This document shows, in pieces, positions 48,945 to 62,342 of a stretch of 64,000 bases of DNA (positions are counted from its first letter, which is position 1; each line of letters starts with the position of its first letter). A program made the position numbers and the translations under genes. Origin of the DNA: Acidobacteriota bacterium (GTDB lineage: Bacteria > Acidobacteriota > Thermoanaerobaculia > UBA5066 > Gp7-AA6); assembly GCA_027307335.1 (NCBI GenBank), contig DAHUXD010000054.1, forward strand, positions 4,611-68,610. The letters are read 5' to 3'. The notes under the pieces are model-generated. The model was not told where the DNA came from, did no database searches, and saw nothing but the letters and a program-made list of their open reading frames with translations.

Positions 48945-50300
48945 CTACTGACCGTGCTTCTCGAGCCGGCGGTAGAGCGCGCTGCGCGAGATGCCGAGTG
49001 CGCGAGATGCGTGGCTGACGTTGCCACCGTACCGCTCCATGGCCTTGCGGACGAGGAGCGCCTCGACCTCCTCGAGCGAGAGGTCCTCGAGGCGCGTGCC
49101 GTCGGTGCCGCGCTTGAGCGCGAGGTCCGCGGCCCGGATGCGGTCGCCGGTCGCCATGAGCACGGCGCGCTCGACCGCGTGGTCGAGTTCGCGGACGTTG
49201 CCCGGCCAGGAGTGCGCGAGGAGGGCGTCGAGGGCGCCGGGCTCGAAGCCCGGGATCGCCTTGCGGTAGCGGCGGGCGTGGGTGCCGAGGAAGTGCTGCG
49301 CGAGCGCCGGGATGTCCTCGCGCCGCTCCCGGAGCGGCGGAACGGCGATCTCGATCGTGTTCAGCCGGAAGAGCAGGTCCTGGCGGAATCGTCCCGCGGC
49401 CACCTCGGCGCGGAGGTCGGCATTCGTCGCCGAGAGAATCCGCGCGTCGGCGCGGATGGTGCGCGACGAGCCGACGCGCTCGAACTCGCCGGTCTCGAGG
49501 ACGCGCAGGAGCTTGCCCTGCTGCGACGCGGGCACGTTGCCGATTTCGTCCAGGAACAACGTGCCCCCGTGCGCGAGTTCGAAGCGGCCCACGCGGTCGG
49601 CGCGCGCATCGGTGAAGGCCCCCCTGACGTGGCCGAACATCTCGCTCTCGAAGACGCCCTCCGAGATGCCGCCGGCGTTGAGCGTGACGAACGGACGCGC
49701 CGCCCGCCCGGACGCCGCGTGCAGCGCGCGCGCGACCACGGCCTTGCCCGAGCCGTTCTCGCCGGTGATGAGCACGTTCGCGTCCGACGGCCCCACGCGC
49801 GCGATCACGTCGAGGACGGGGCGCATCGCGGGCGACGCCGCGACCATCGCCGGCTCGCTCTCGTGGCGCAGCAGCCGGTTCTCGGCCTCGAGCCGCTCGC
49901 CCCGGCGGAGCGCGCGGCCGAGGGCGATCTGCGTGCGGAGCGTCGCGAGGAGGCGCGCGTTGTCCCACGGCTTCTGCACGAAGTCGCGGGCGCCGCGGCG
50001 CATCGCCTCGACGGCGAGGTCCACCGTGCCCCACGCGGTCATCACGAGCACCGGCAGGTGCGCGTCGAGGTCGCGGATCCGCGCGAGGAGGTCGAGCCCC
50101 TCGGCGCCGGAGGTCGTGTCGCGCGCGTAGTTCAGGTCGATCAGCACGGCGTCGAAGTCGCGCTTCTCGAGCGCGGCGAGCGCCATGGCGGGGGAGGAGG
50201 CGGTCTCCGTCTCGAGGCCCTCGGGCTTCAAGAGCAGCCGCAGCGCCTCGAGCACGTCCCTCTGGTCGTCCGCGATCAGGACCCGGCCCGCGGACCTCAC
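48945..50300 (-). CDS. Sigma-54-dependent response regulator (NtrC family, GAFTDA variant)
   Basis: IADD and IDLNY receiver motifs, GENGSGK, ESEMFGHVRGAFTDA, WPGNVREL, HTH. Confidence 0.93.
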   Translation of the reverse strand: MRSAGRVLIADDQRDVLEALRLLLKPEGLETETASSPAMALAALEKRDFDAVLIDLNYARDTTSGAEGLDLLARIRDLDAHLPVLVMTAWGTVDLAVEAMRRGARDFVQKPWDNARLLATLRTQIALGRALRRGERLEAENRLLRHESEPAMVAASPAMRPVLDVIARVGPSDANVLITGENGSGKAVVARALHAASGRAARPFVTLNAGGISEGVFESEMFGHVRGAFTDARADRVGRFELAHGGTLFLDEIGNVPASQQGKLLRVLETGEFERVGSSRTIRADARILSATNADLRAEVAAGRFRQDLLFRLNTIEIAVPPLRERREDIPALAQHFLGTHARRYRKAIPGFEPGALDALLAHSWPGNVRELDHAVERAVLMATGDRIRAADLALKRGTDGTRLEDLSLEEVEALLVRKAMERYGGNVSHASRALGISRSALYRRLEKHGQ

Positions 50301-50334
50301 GCAGCCGCTCCGGGGAGGCGTTCGGCCGCGGGTG

Positions 50335-50742
50335 TCACCGCTGCCGGAAGTCGAGCGCCGCGGAGTTCATGCAGTACCGCAGGCCCGTCGGCTCCGGACC
50401 GTCCTCGAACACGTGGCCGAGGTGCGAGCCGCAGCGCCGGCAGAGGACCTCGGTGCGCGCCATGAAGAGGCTCGTGTCCTCCCGCGCCTTGACGCTCTCG
50501 GGCGAACACGGCGTGGTGAAGCTCGGCCACCCGGTGCCCGACTCGAACTTGGTCTGCGAGTCGAAGAGCGGATTCCCGCAGCCGGCGCACGTGTACGTTC
50601 CCGTGCCGTGGTGGTTCCAGTACTTGCCGGTGAACGCGCGCTCCGTCCCCTTCTGGCGCAGGACCCGGTACTGCTCGGGAGTCAGTCCGGCGCGCCACTC
50701 TTCGTCGGTCTTCTCGACGCGGTCGGCCCGGTCTTCGGCCAC
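50335..50742 (-). CDS. msrB: Peptide-methionine (R)-S-oxide reductase
   Basis: GTERAF, Cxx[21 protein letters not shown] and RYCMNS motifs. Confidence 0.96.
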   Translation of the reverse strand: MAEDRADRVEKTDEEWRAGLTPEQYRVLRQKGTERAFTGKYWNHHGTGTYTCAGCGNPLFDSQTKFESGTGWPSFTTPCSPESVKAREDTSLFMARTEVLCRRCGSHLGHVFEDGPEPTGLRYCMNSAALDFRQR

Positions 50743-50786
50743 GGCGGGAATCTACCATCAACCCGGGGAGCGGAAAGTCCGCGGAC

Positions 50787-53303
50787 TCACTCGCTCCGGA
50801 GCGCGTCGAGGGCGTCGGTGCGTGCCGCGCGGCGCGCGGGCGGCCAGGCGGCGGCGAGGCCCACGGCGACCATCAGGGCCAGTCCGCAGCCCAGGATTCC
50901 GAGGTCCGCCGCCTTCACCCCGAAGAGGATCGACTCGACGCCGCGCCCGAGCGCGAAGGCGCACGGCAGGCCGATCGCCGCGCCCACGAGCAGGAACCGC
51001 GCGACCTCGTTCCAGATCAGGCGGCGGACGCTCTTCGGGTCGGCGCCGAGCGCCATGCGGACGCCGATCTCCGGGCGGCGGGCGGCGACCGCGTAGGAGA
51101 GCACGCCGTAGATGCCGAGGGCCGCGAGGATCGCCGCGAGCACGCCGAACGCCCCCGAGAGCAGCACGATGACGCGCTGCGTGACGAGCGAGTCCTCCAC
51201 CCGCGTCTCGAGCGGGATCAGGTCGTAGATCGGGAGCTGCGGGTCGATCGCACGGACCTCGTCGCGGATGGGCGCGGCGAGCGCCTTCGGATCCGCCTCG
51301 GTCCGCAGATAGAAGGTGACCTCGCCGACGTCGGCCCGCTGGAGGAGCGGCGTGTAGACGAACGGCGAGTCGTCCTCGTCCACCGACGCCGACTTGCTGT
51401 TGCGGACGACGCCGACGATCTCGACGTCGGGCGCGTGGTTCTTCGGTCCGAACGAGAGGCGAACGCCGAGGGGGCTCTTTCCCGGGAAGTAGCGGCGGAC
51501 CAGCGTCTCGTTGACGACGGCGACCTTCGGCGCGTTGGCGTCGTCCGACCACGCGAAGTCCCGCCCCGCGACGAGCGGAATGCCGAGCGTCGCGAAGTAC
51601 GCGGGGGTGACGAGGTTGTAGTGGGCGTGCCGATCCTCGTCCCGATCCGAGTCCCGTCCCTCGATGACGAAGTCTCCGCCGTTCGTCGAGCCGGACATCG
51701 TCGCGAGGTGGGCGGCGGCGACCGAGCGCGCGGCCGGAAGCCCCTTCAGGCGGTCGAGGAGCTGGCGGCTGAACGCGGAGGTCCGCTCCCCGGTGTAGCC
51801 GTTCAGCGGCGGCGCGACGGAGAACCCGATGAGGTGGTCCGGGCGGAAGCCGAGCGGGACGCGGCCGAGGTTGCCGAGGCTGCGCACGAAGAGGCCGGCG
51901 GCGACGAGGAGGACGAGCGTCAGCGCGACCTGCGCGGTGACGAGGCCCTGGCGCAGGCGGATCACCTCGCGGCCGGCGGAGTTCGTGCCGCGGCCCTGGC
52001 CACGCAGCGTGAGAGCCGGGTCGAGCCGCGCCGCGCGCCACGACGGTGCGACGCCGAAGAGGAGGGCCGCGAGGACGGAGACGACGCCGGCGAACACGAG
52101 CACGCGCGGGTCCACGGCCGCGCCGATCTGGCGCAGGCTGTCGTCGGCGGGGAAGGCGCCGAGCAGGACGTGGAGGGTCCAGGCCGCGACGAGCAGGCCG
52201 AGCGCGCCGCCCGCGAACGCGAAGAGCAGGCACTCGACGATCGACTGTTTCAGGAGCTGGAACCGGCTCGCCCCGATCGCCAGACGGATGCCGTACTCGC
52301 GCTGCCGCGCGGCGCCGCGGGCGGCGAGCAGTCCCGCGAGGTTGGAGCACGCGATCAGGAGCACCAGGGCGACCATTCCCATCAGCGAGAGCAGGGGCTT
52401 GCCGACGTTGCCCGAGAGGACGGCGCGGCCGTGGCCGCCGGGCACGAGCAGGATGCGGCGGTCGAGGAAGCGCTGCTGCGCCTTCGCGTCCATCTCGTTG
52501 AGCTTCGGGAGAAGCTCCTGGAGCATGCCGCGGTAGAGCGGCAGCAGCCTCGCCTCGGCCTCCGCTCTCGAGACGCCGGGCTTCAGCCGCCCGACGAGCT
52601 GCAGCCACCGGTCCTTGGGATCCTCGAGCCCGTTCCAGAAGGGCGTCATCTGGGCCTTCATCGCGATCGGCACGAAGAGATCGGCCGGCCGTCCCGCCTG
52701 GATGCCCTCGAAGCCCCGCGCCGCCACGCCGACGACCGTGAGGGGATGGCCGTTGGCGACGATGGTCTGGTTCAGCACCGATGGGTCCGCGCCGAAGCGG
52801 CGGGTCCAGTAGCCGTGCGAGAGGACGACGAGCGGGTGTCCGCCCGGCAGGCGATCGTCGTCCGAGACGAAAACGCGCCCGAGGGCGGGCGAGACGCCGA
52901 GCACCTGGAAGTAGTTGCCCGACACGAGCTCGCCGTCGGCGCGCTCGGTCTCGCCCCGCGCGGCGAGGCTGACGGCGAGGGGATACTCGGCGATCAGGCC
53001 GTCGAAGGCGGTGTTGCGGGCGGCGAGCTCGCGGTAGAAGGGCGCGGAGAACGGCATCGCGCCGTCGCCGTCGTCCCACGCGTGGCCCTGGCTCGTTCCA
53101 GGGGAGCGCAGGAGCATGAGCGCTCCCGGGTCGCGCACGGGGAGAAGGCGCAGAAGCACGCGGTCCACGAGCGCGAAGATGGCGGCGTTCGCGCCGATGC
53201 CCAGGGCGAGCGTCAGCACCGCGACGGCCGAGAAGCCGGGGCTCTTCCCGAACGTGCGGAGCGCGTAGCGGAGGTCCTGTCCGAGCGAGCTCATCGTCGT
53301 CAC
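50787..53303 (-). CDS. ADOP-type duplicated MacB/FtsX ABC permease
   Basis: [33 protein letters not shown] and PARRAAR motifs. Confidence 0.92.
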   Translation of the reverse strand: MTTMSSLGQDLRYALRTFGKSPGFSAVAVLTLALGIGANAAIFALVDRVLLRLLPVRDPGALMLLRSPGTSQGHAWDDGDGAMPFSAPFYRELAARNTAFDGLIAEYPLAVSLAARGETERADGELVSGNYFQVLGVSPALGRVFVSDDDRLPGGHPLVVLSHGYWTRRFGADPSVLNQTIVANGHPLTVVGVAARGFEGIQAGRPADLFVPIAMKAQMTPFWNGLEDPKDRWLQLVGRLKPGVSRAEAEARLLPLYRGMLQELLPKLNEMDAKAQQRFLDRRILLVPGGHGRAVLSGNVGKPLLSLMGMVALVLLIACSNLAGLLAARGAARQREYGIRLAIGASRFQLLKQSIVECLLFAFAGGALGLLVAAWTLHVLLGAFPADDSLRQIGAAVDPRVLVFAGVVSVLAALLFGVAPSWRAARLDPALTLRGQGRGTNSAGREVIRLRQGLVTAQVALTLVLLVAAGLFVRSLGNLGRVPLGFRPDHLIGFSVAPPLNGYTGERTSAFSRQLLDRLKGLPAARSVAAAHLATMSGSTNGGDFVIEGRDSDRDEDRHAHYNLVTPAYFATLGIPLVAGRDFAWSDDANAPKVAVVNETLVRRYFPGKSPLGVRLSFGPKNHAPDVEIVGVVRNSKSASVDEDDSPFVYTPLLQRADVGEVTFYLRTEADPKALAAPIRDEVRAIDPQLPIYDLIPLETRVEDSLVTQRVIVLLSGAFGVLAAILAALGIYGVLSYAVAARRPEIGVRMALGADPKSVRRLIWNEVARFLLVGAAIGLPCAFALGRGVESILFGVKAADLGILGCGLALMVAVGLAAAWPPARRAARTDALDALRSE

Positions 53304-53312
53304 CGTCCTCGT

Positions 53313-53978
53313 TCAGTCGTTGACGACCCAGCCGTCGCGCAGCCGGACGATGCGGTGTCCGTAGGACGCGTTCTCCTCGGAGTGCGTCACCTGCACGATC
53401 GTCGTGCCCTCTTCGTTGAGCTTCTTGAAGAGGCGCATGATCTCGCGACCCTGATCCGAGTGCAGGTTCCCGGTCGGCTCGTCGGCGAGGAGCAGGCGCG
53501 GCTTCGCGATCAGCGCGCGCGCGACGCCGACGAGCTGCTGCTGGCCGCCCGACAGCTGGTTCGGGAAGAGGTCCTTCTTGCCGACGATCTGGAAGCGGTC
53601 GAGCGTGTCGGCGACGATCGCCGCGCGCTCCGAGCCCTTCACGTTGCGGTAGGAGAGCGGGATGTCCAGGTTCTCGGCGACCGTCAGGTTGTCGAGCAGG
53701 TGGTACTGCTGGAAGACGAAGCCGACGTACTTCTTGTTGAGCTCGATGCGCTCCTTGGGCTTCATTCGGTGCACGTCGTGCTCGAGAAGGCGGTACTCGC
53801 CGCGCCAGTCGTGGTCGAGCATGCCGAGGATGCCGAGGAGCGTCGACTTCCCGGCGCCCGACGGGCCCATGATCGTCACGAATTCGCCCGGCGCGACCGC
53901 GAACTGGATGCGGCGCAGCAGGAAGGTCTCGCCGGCCTTGCTCGCGATCGACTTCTCGACGTGGGTCAGCTGGATCAT
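53313..53978 (-). CDS. ABC transporter ATP-binding protein (LolD/MacB type)
   Basis: [26 protein letters not shown] and VTH motifs; ATG at 53978. Confidence 0.93.
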   Translation of the reverse strand: MIQLTHVEKSIASKAGETFLLRRIQFAVAPGEFVTIMGPSGAGKSTLLGILGMLDHDWRGEYRLLEHDVHRMKPKERIELNKKYVGFVFQQYHLLDNLTVAENLDIPLSYRNVKGSERAAIVADTLDRFQIVGKKDLFPNQLSGGQQQLVGVARALIAKPRLLLADEPTGNLHSDQGREIMRLFKKLNEEGTTIVQVTHSEENASYGHRIVRLRDGWVVND

Positions 53979-53983
53979 CGCGT

Positions 53984-54268
53984 TCACTCCGATCGCAGGA
54001 CGGTGGCGGGATCGACGGCCATGGCGCGGCGCGCCGGGCGGGCGCACGCGAGGGCGACGACGCCGGCGACGACCAGGACGACGGCCCCGAAAGTCATCGG
54101 GTCCTTGGGGGCGACTCCGAAGAGGAGGAGCAGCACCGCGTGCACGACCGAGAAGATCGCCGTGTTCGCGCCGATGCCGAGCGCGAGCGTCGCGACGGCG
54201 ACGGCGGTGAAGCCGGGGCTCTTCGCGAGGCCCCGGAGCGCGTAACGAACGTCCTGCGCGAGCGTCAT
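53984..54268 (-). CDS. Miniature ADOP permease (N-terminal segment fused in frame to C-terminal segment); possible deletion remnant
   Basis: 94 aa: QDVRYALR...[17 protein letters not shown] joined directly to LLFGV.PKDP.TF...[14 protein letters not shown]. Confidence 0.75.
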   Translation of the reverse strand: MTLAQDVRYALRGLAKSPGFTAVAVATLALGIGANTAIFSVVHAVLLLLFGVAPKDPMTFGAVVLVVAGVVALACARPARRAMAVDPATVLRSE

Positions 54269-56682
54269 TCCTGCCTCAGCGCGTCGATCGGGTCGATGCG
54301 CGCGGCGCGCCGGGCGGGCAGCCAGGCCGCGGCGATCGCTCCCGCGAGGAGGAGCGCCGCCGCGCCGGCGATCGCCGCCGGATCGGAGGGGGACGTCTCG
54401 TACAGGAACCCTCGCAGCACCGTGCCCGCGGCCGCGACGAGCGCGAGGCCGGCGACGAGCCCCGCGATCACGGGCCGCGCCGTCTGCGCGACGAAGAGGG
54501 CGCGCACGTCGGCGGGCCGCGCTCCGAGGGCCATGCGGACGCCGATCTCGCGCGTCCGGCGCGCGACCGAATAGGAGATCACCGAGTAGATGCCGACCGC
54601 GGCCAGCGCGAGCGACAGAAGTCCGAAGGCCCCGAGCAAGGCGGCGCCGAGCCGCTGCGGCACGAGTTGCTCGCCGAGCTCCGAGGCATAGCTCCGCGGC
54701 GTCGAGACGGGGAGGGACTTGTCGAGCCGGCCGATCTCGGCGAGCACGACGCGGCCCGGATCGGCGCGCGGATCGCGGGCGCGCACCAGAAGCGTGAGCC
54801 GCATCAGGCCGGCCCCCTCACCCGACCGGATCGCAAAGTACGCCTGGGGCCCGGGCGCGTCGCGGAGCGAGGTCATCCGGAAGTCCCGCGCGACGCCGAT
54901 CACGGTGCGCTCGGCGCCGTGGATCTGGATCCGCGCGCCGATCGGGCTCGTGCCGGGCCAGTACCGCCTCGCCATCGACTCGTTGACGATGACGGGGGCG
55001 GGGGAGCGCGGTCCGTCGAGGCGGTCGTCGAACTCGCGCCCGGCCGCGATCGGGATCCGGAGGGTGCGGAAGAAGTCGGCGCTGACGGCGTTGGTCCCGG
55101 CCTCCTGCGAACGGTCGGGCGGGCGTCCCACGATCTGAAACCCGTCGCTCCACTCGCCGCCCGACAAGGGGACGAGGGCCGTCCACGCCACGGCCTCGAT
55201 GCCGGGGGCCGAACGCATTCGCTCCGCGAGCGTGTTCGTGAAGACGTCGGCACGCCCGGCGTCGTAGCCCTGCAGCCCGAGGTCGACGTCCGCGAGCACG
55301 ACCCCTCGCGGCTGGAAGCCGAAATCGGTCGCGAGCGCGCGCTGGAGGCTGCGCGCGAGCAGGCCCGCGCCGACGAGCAGCGCGAGAGAGAGCGCCACCT
55401 GGGCGGCGACGAGGGCGCTCCGGAGGAACGAGCGCGAGGAGGCGCCGCTCGACTTCAGGGCGGGCGACGGGGGGCGGCGCGACGTCTGGATCGCCGGCAG
55501 GACCCCGAAGAAGAGTCCGGTGGCCACGGCGAGCAGCGTCGAGAAGGCGAGCGCCCGTGCGTCGAGGGACGGCTCGAACGGAGCGAGCGAGCCGTTCCCC
55601 GGCATCGGCATGCCGACGAGGAGGGCGAGGGACCAGCTCGCGACGGCGATTCCGGCGGCGCCCCCGAGAACGGCGAGCGTCACGGACTCGGTCAGGAGCT
55701 GCCGAACGAGCCGGGAGCGCGTCGCGCCGAGCGCCAGCCGCACCGCCATCTCCTTCTGGCGCGCCGCGCCGCGGGCGAGGAGGAGGTTGGCGAGGTTGGC
55801 GCAGGCGATGACGAGGGCCGCCGCCACGGCGGCGGCGAGCGTCGCGAGGAAGGCGACGGGATCGCCCGACTGGCCGAAGCCCGCGGCCGTCCGGATCGTG
55901 GGACGCAGCGCGAACGGTCGGCCCGGAGCGTGGTCCGGAAACGCGGCCGCCTCCCGGTGAGCGGCGACGTCGAGAGCCGCCTGCGCCTGCGGCATCGAGA
56001 TGCCCGGCGCGAGGCGCCCGACGACGGACAGCCAGCTCCAGCTCCGGCCGTTCAGATCGAGATTCCGGAAGGCGCCCGTCGCGAGTCGGGGCCACGCGCC
56101 GATGGGAACCCAGGCGTCGGGCGCGAGCCCGAAGGCGGTGCCGCGAAAGCCCTCCCCGGCGACGCCGACCACTGTGAACGGCGCGCCGTTCAGCACGACG
56201 GTCCGGCCGACGACCGAGGGGTCGCCGCCGAAGCGGGTCTTCCAGAGGCGCGATCCGAGCACCGCGATGGCCTCGCCGGACGCCTCGTCCGCCGCGACGA
56301 AGAAGCGTCCGAGGGCGGGCCGCGCGCCGAGCACGTCGAAGTAGTTGGCGGAGACGACCTCCGCATCGATGCGCGCGGGAGCGCCGCCCGAGGAGAGGTG
56401 AAGCGGCCGCTGCCGCCACGCGGCCAGTCCCGAGAAGGTGCCGCCGGTCTGCTCGCGCACCGACCGGTACCAGGGGTACGAGACGGTCTCGCCCGTCACG
56501 TCGACGAGACGCGCCGGCCGCGCGACGCCCGGCAGGGGATGCAGCACGACGGCGTCCACGACGCTGAAGATCGCGGTGTTCGCCCCGATGCCGAGGGCGA
56601 GGATCAGCACGGCGGCGGCCGTGAAGGCGGGACTCCTGGCGAGACCGCGCAGCGCGTAGCGGAGGTCCTGGAGCGCGGTCAT
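54265..56682 (-). CDS. ADOP-type duplicated MacB/FtsX ABC permease
   Basis: Same ADOP motifs; 805 aa; ATGA-coupled to its neighbours. Confidence 0.92.
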   Translation of the reverse strand: MTALQDLRYALRGLARSPAFTAAAVLILALGIGANTAIFSVVDAVVLHPLPGVARPARLVDVTGETVSYPWYRSVREQTGGTFSGLAAWRQRPLHLSSGGAPARIDAEVVSANYFDVLGARPALGRFFVAADEASGEAIAVLGSRLWKTRFGGDPSVVGRTVVLNGAPFTVVGVAGEGFRGTAFGLAPDAWVPIGAWPRLATGAFRNLDLNGRSWSWLSVVGRLAPGISMPQAQAALDVAAHREAAAFPDHAPGRPFALRPTIRTAAGFGQSGDPVAFLATLAAAVAAALVIACANLANLLLARGAARQKEMAVRLALGATRSRLVRQLLTESVTLAVLGGAAGIAVASWSLALLVGMPMPGNGSLAPFEPSLDARALAFSTLLAVATGLFFGVLPAIQTSRRPPSPALKSSGASSRSFLRSALVAAQVALSLALLVGAGLLARSLQRALATDFGFQPRGVVLADVDLGLQGYDAGRADVFTNTLAERMRSAPGIEAVAWTALVPLSGGEWSDGFQIVGRPPDRSQEAGTNAVSADFFRTLRIPIAAGREFDDRLDGPRSPAPVIVNESMARRYWPGTSPIGARIQIHGAERTVIGVARDFRMTSLRDAPGPQAYFAIRSGEGAGLMRLTLLVRARDPRADPGRVVLAEIGRLDKSLPVSTPRSYASELGEQLVPQRLGAALLGAFGLLSLALAAVGIYSVISYSVARRTREIGVRMALGARPADVRALFVAQTARPVIAGLVAGLALVAAAGTVLRGFLYETSPSDPAAIAGAAALLLAGAIAAAWLPARRAARIDPIDALRQE

Positions 56683-59092
56683 CCCTCGGTCCTCAGCGCT
56701 TCCTGGGGATCGAGCGCGGCGGCCCGGCGCGCCGGCACCGCGCAGGCGGCGACGGCGGCGCCGAGGAGCGTGACGGCCACGACGATGAGGGTCGCCGGAT
56801 CCTGGGGCGGCGTCTCGAACAGGACCGTGCGGAGGCTGCGCGAGAGCGCGAGCGCGAGAGCGCCGCCGATCGCGAGTCCGGCGAGCGCGAGCGCCAGGCC
56901 CTCCCGCAGCACCAGGCGCCAGACCTCGGCGCGGTCAGCCCCGAGGGCGATGCGCACGCCGATCTCCCGCGTGCGGCGGGCCACCGAGAAGGAGATCACG
57001 CCGTAGACGCCGATCGCCGACAGGAGCAGGGCGGCGGCGCCGAACGCGCTCACGAGGAGCGCCAGGAAGCGGGGCCGCGCGACGGTGTCGGCGACGAGGG
57101 TCGAGAGCGGGGCCACTCCGGAAACGGGGAGGTCCGGATCCGTGCGATGGATCGCGGCACGAGCCTCCGCGGCGAGCGCGGTCGGATCGACGGGTCCGCG
57201 GACGAAGAACTTCATGGTCCCGCGCGGGAAGCGCGACATCGGCACGTACGCCGCGGGCGGGGGATTGCGGTCGAGGCCGGCCTCCCGCACGTCGCCGGCG
57301 ACGCCGATGACCTCGAGGCGGTACTTCCCGAACATCAGTCCCCGCCCGACGGGATCCGCGGCGCCCCAGAGACGCCGCGCGAGGCTTTGATTCACGAGCA
57401 GCACCGGCCGGCTCTCCTCCATGTCCGCCGTCGTGAAGTCGCGGCCGCGGAGAATCGGGATGCCGAGCGCGGAGAAGTAGCCCGTCGTCACGATGACGGC
57501 CCCTCCTTCGGGCTTGACGGTGCCGAGCTCGGGCCGGCCCTCGACCTCGAAGCCGTACGCCTCGCCGCCGGCGCGCAGCGGCAGGGTCTTGCTGGCTCCG
57601 ACGGCGGAGACCCCCGGCAGCGCGCGGAGATTCGCGAGAAGCGCGGCGCGGTAGGCCGCGTCCTTGTCGTTCGCAAAGACGGATTCGGGGAGCGTCACCG
57701 ACAGCGCCAGGACCGACTGCGGGCGGATTCCGGAGTCGGCGTGCGTGAGCCGCCAGAAGCTTCGGAGAAGCAATCCCGTCCCGACCAGCAGCGCGGCCGC
57801 GAGGGCGATCTCGGCGACCACCAGGCCGCGCCGCAGGGCGACGCCCGAACGGGGGTCCGTACCGCCCCGAACGCCGGCGCCCTCGAGCGCGGCGGCGGCG
57901 CTCCGCCCGGACGCATGGAGCGCCGGCAGGAGGCCGAAGGCGACCGCGGTGCCGATGGAGAGAACGAGCGCGAACGCGACGACCCTCGCGTCCATGCCGA
58001 GGTTGGCGATGCGCGGCATGAAGCGGCCCGCTTCCGTCGCCAGGGCATCGATGGCCCAGCGCGCCGCGAGAAGGCCGAAGGCGCCGCCCGCCAGGGCGAG
58101 GAGCAGGCTCTCGGCGAGGGCCTGCCGGACGAGGCGACCTCGCGACGCGCCGAGCGCGGCGCGGATTCCGATCTCCCGCCGGCGGGTGGTCGCCTGCGCG
58201 AGCAGCAGGTTCGCGACGTTGACGCATCCGATCAGGAGCACGACGGCGACGGCGGCGGAGAGGACGCCGATGGGCGTCCGCACGCTCCGGGTCACCGCCG
58301 CCTGGAGCGGCACGACGAGCGCGCGTTCGAAGCCCTCGTTGCTCGCGGGGTACTCCCGGGCGAGCCGCGCGAAGAGGGCGTCGAGACCGGCGCGGGCGGA
58401 GTCGAGCGAGGCGCCGGGCTCGAGGCGCCCCAGCACGTTCAGCCAGCGGACCTCGCGGCGGTGCGGCACGGCGTCCTCGCCGATCGTCGAGAGGGGGACC
58501 CAGACCTCCACGTCGGACGACGGAACCTCGAACGCACCGGGCATGACCCCGACGACGCGATATGCGTGGCCGTCGAGGACGAGCGGCCGCCCGACGACCT
58601 CGGGATCGCCGCCGAACCGCCTCTTCCAGAGCCCCCAGGACAGCACCGCGACGCCGTTCTTGCCCGCCCGGTCGTCCTCGGTCCCGAAGGTCCGTCCCAC
58701 GTGCGCCGGCACCGCGAGGGTCCCGAAGAACGAGCCGGAAACGCCGGACGCGGTCAGGCGTTCCGGCTCGCCGCTTCCCGTGAGCGTGACGCCCGAGAGG
58801 TCGGGAAAGTACTCCCAGGAGGCGACGCGCTCGAGACCCGGGTGGGCCGCGGCGAGATCGTCCACGTCCTGCGGCGAGAACGAGCCGCCCGGCGCGCTCG
58901 AGTCGTGACGCACGTGCCCGATGCGGACGAGCCGCGACGGGTCGCGGTAGGGCAGCGGGCGGATCAGCACCGCGTCCGCCACGGTGAAGATCGCCACCGT
59001 GGCTCCGATCCCGACCGCGAGCGTCGCGACGATCACCAGTGCGAGAGCGGGGCGGCGCCGAAAGCCGCGGAGGGCCAAGCGCAGGTCTCCCA

Positions 59093-59096
<4 letters not shown>
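56679..59096 (-). CDS. ADOP-type duplicated MacB/FtsX ABC permease
   Basis: Starts [10 protein letters not shown] at 59096, overlapping the upstream stop. GCVNVANL and [10 protein letters not shown] motifs. The 1600-aa ORF-track version has a spurious N-terminal half. Confidence 0.9.
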
Positions 59097-61519
<2,423 letters not shown>

Positions 61520-61566
61520 CTCTGTCCTCCGCCTCGAAGTCCGAAAGAGAGAAGCGACGTCGTCGT

Positions 61567-62328
61567 CTAGCTGACCCGGTACCCGCTCTCCTTCAACTCC
61601 TCCTCCGAGTGGAGGCGCTCCTCGCCCTTCTCCTCCTCGACGACGCGGCCGTCGAAGAGGTGGATCGTGCGTCCCGCGTGCTTGGCGAAGCGGGGGTCGT
61701 GCGTGACCATGCAGATCGTCGCGCCGGCGCGGTGGAGGTCCTGGAGCAGGTTCATCACCGCCTCGCCGTTGACCGAGTCGAGGTTGCCGGTGGGCTCGTC
61801 CGCGAGCAGGATCAGCGGCGAGCCGGCGATCGCGCGCGCGACCGCGACCCGCTGCTGCTGGCCGCCCGAGAGCTGCGAGGGGAAGTGCTTCATCCGGTGC
61901 GCCATGCCGACCTTCTCGAGCGACTCCTGGACGCGCTTCTTGCGCTCGTGCGCGGGCATTCCGCGGTAGGTCAGGGGGAGCTCGACGTTCTCGTACACCG
62001 AGAGATCGCCGATTAAGTTGAAGCTCTGGAAGATGAAGCCGATCTCGCGGTTCCGGATGCGCGCCCGCTCGGACAGCGTCAGCGACTCGGCCGGCTTTCC
62101 GTTCAGCCAGTAACGGCCGGACGTCGGCGAGTCGAGCAGGCCGAGGAGCGACAGCAGCGTCGACTTGCCGCAGCCCGAGGGTCCCGCGATCGAGACGTAC
62201 TCGCCGTGCCCGATCTCGAGGTGCACGCCCGAGAGCGCGTGCGTCTCGACCTCGTCGGTGAAGAAGACCTTCTCGACGCCGTCGAGCTTGATGACGGGAT
62301 GTCCGTTGCCGTTCGCGTTCGTGCTCAT
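61567..62328 (-). CDS. ABC transporter ATP-binding protein (LolD/MacB type)
   Basis: [36 protein letters not shown] and VTH motifs; ATG 62328 after a GGAG SD. Confidence 0.94.
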   Translation of the reverse strand: MSTNANGNGHPVIKLDGVEKVFFTDEVETHALSGVHLEIGHGEYVSIAGPSGCGKSTLLSLLGLLDSPTSGRYWLNGKPAESLTLSERARIRNREIGFIFQSFNLIGDLSVYENVELPLTYRGMPAHERKKRVQESLEKVGMAHRMKHFPSQLSGGQQQRVAVARAIAGSPLILLADEPTGNLDSVNGEAVMNLLQDLHRAGATICMVTHDPRFAKHAGRTIHLFDGRVVEEEKGEERLHSEEELKESGYRVS

Positions 62329-62342
62329 GCTCTCCTCTGCTC

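Noticed and set aside
50335..50742. msrB as a further selenoprotein
   Set aside because: The catalytic residue in RYCMNS is encoded by TGC; there is no in-frame UGA.
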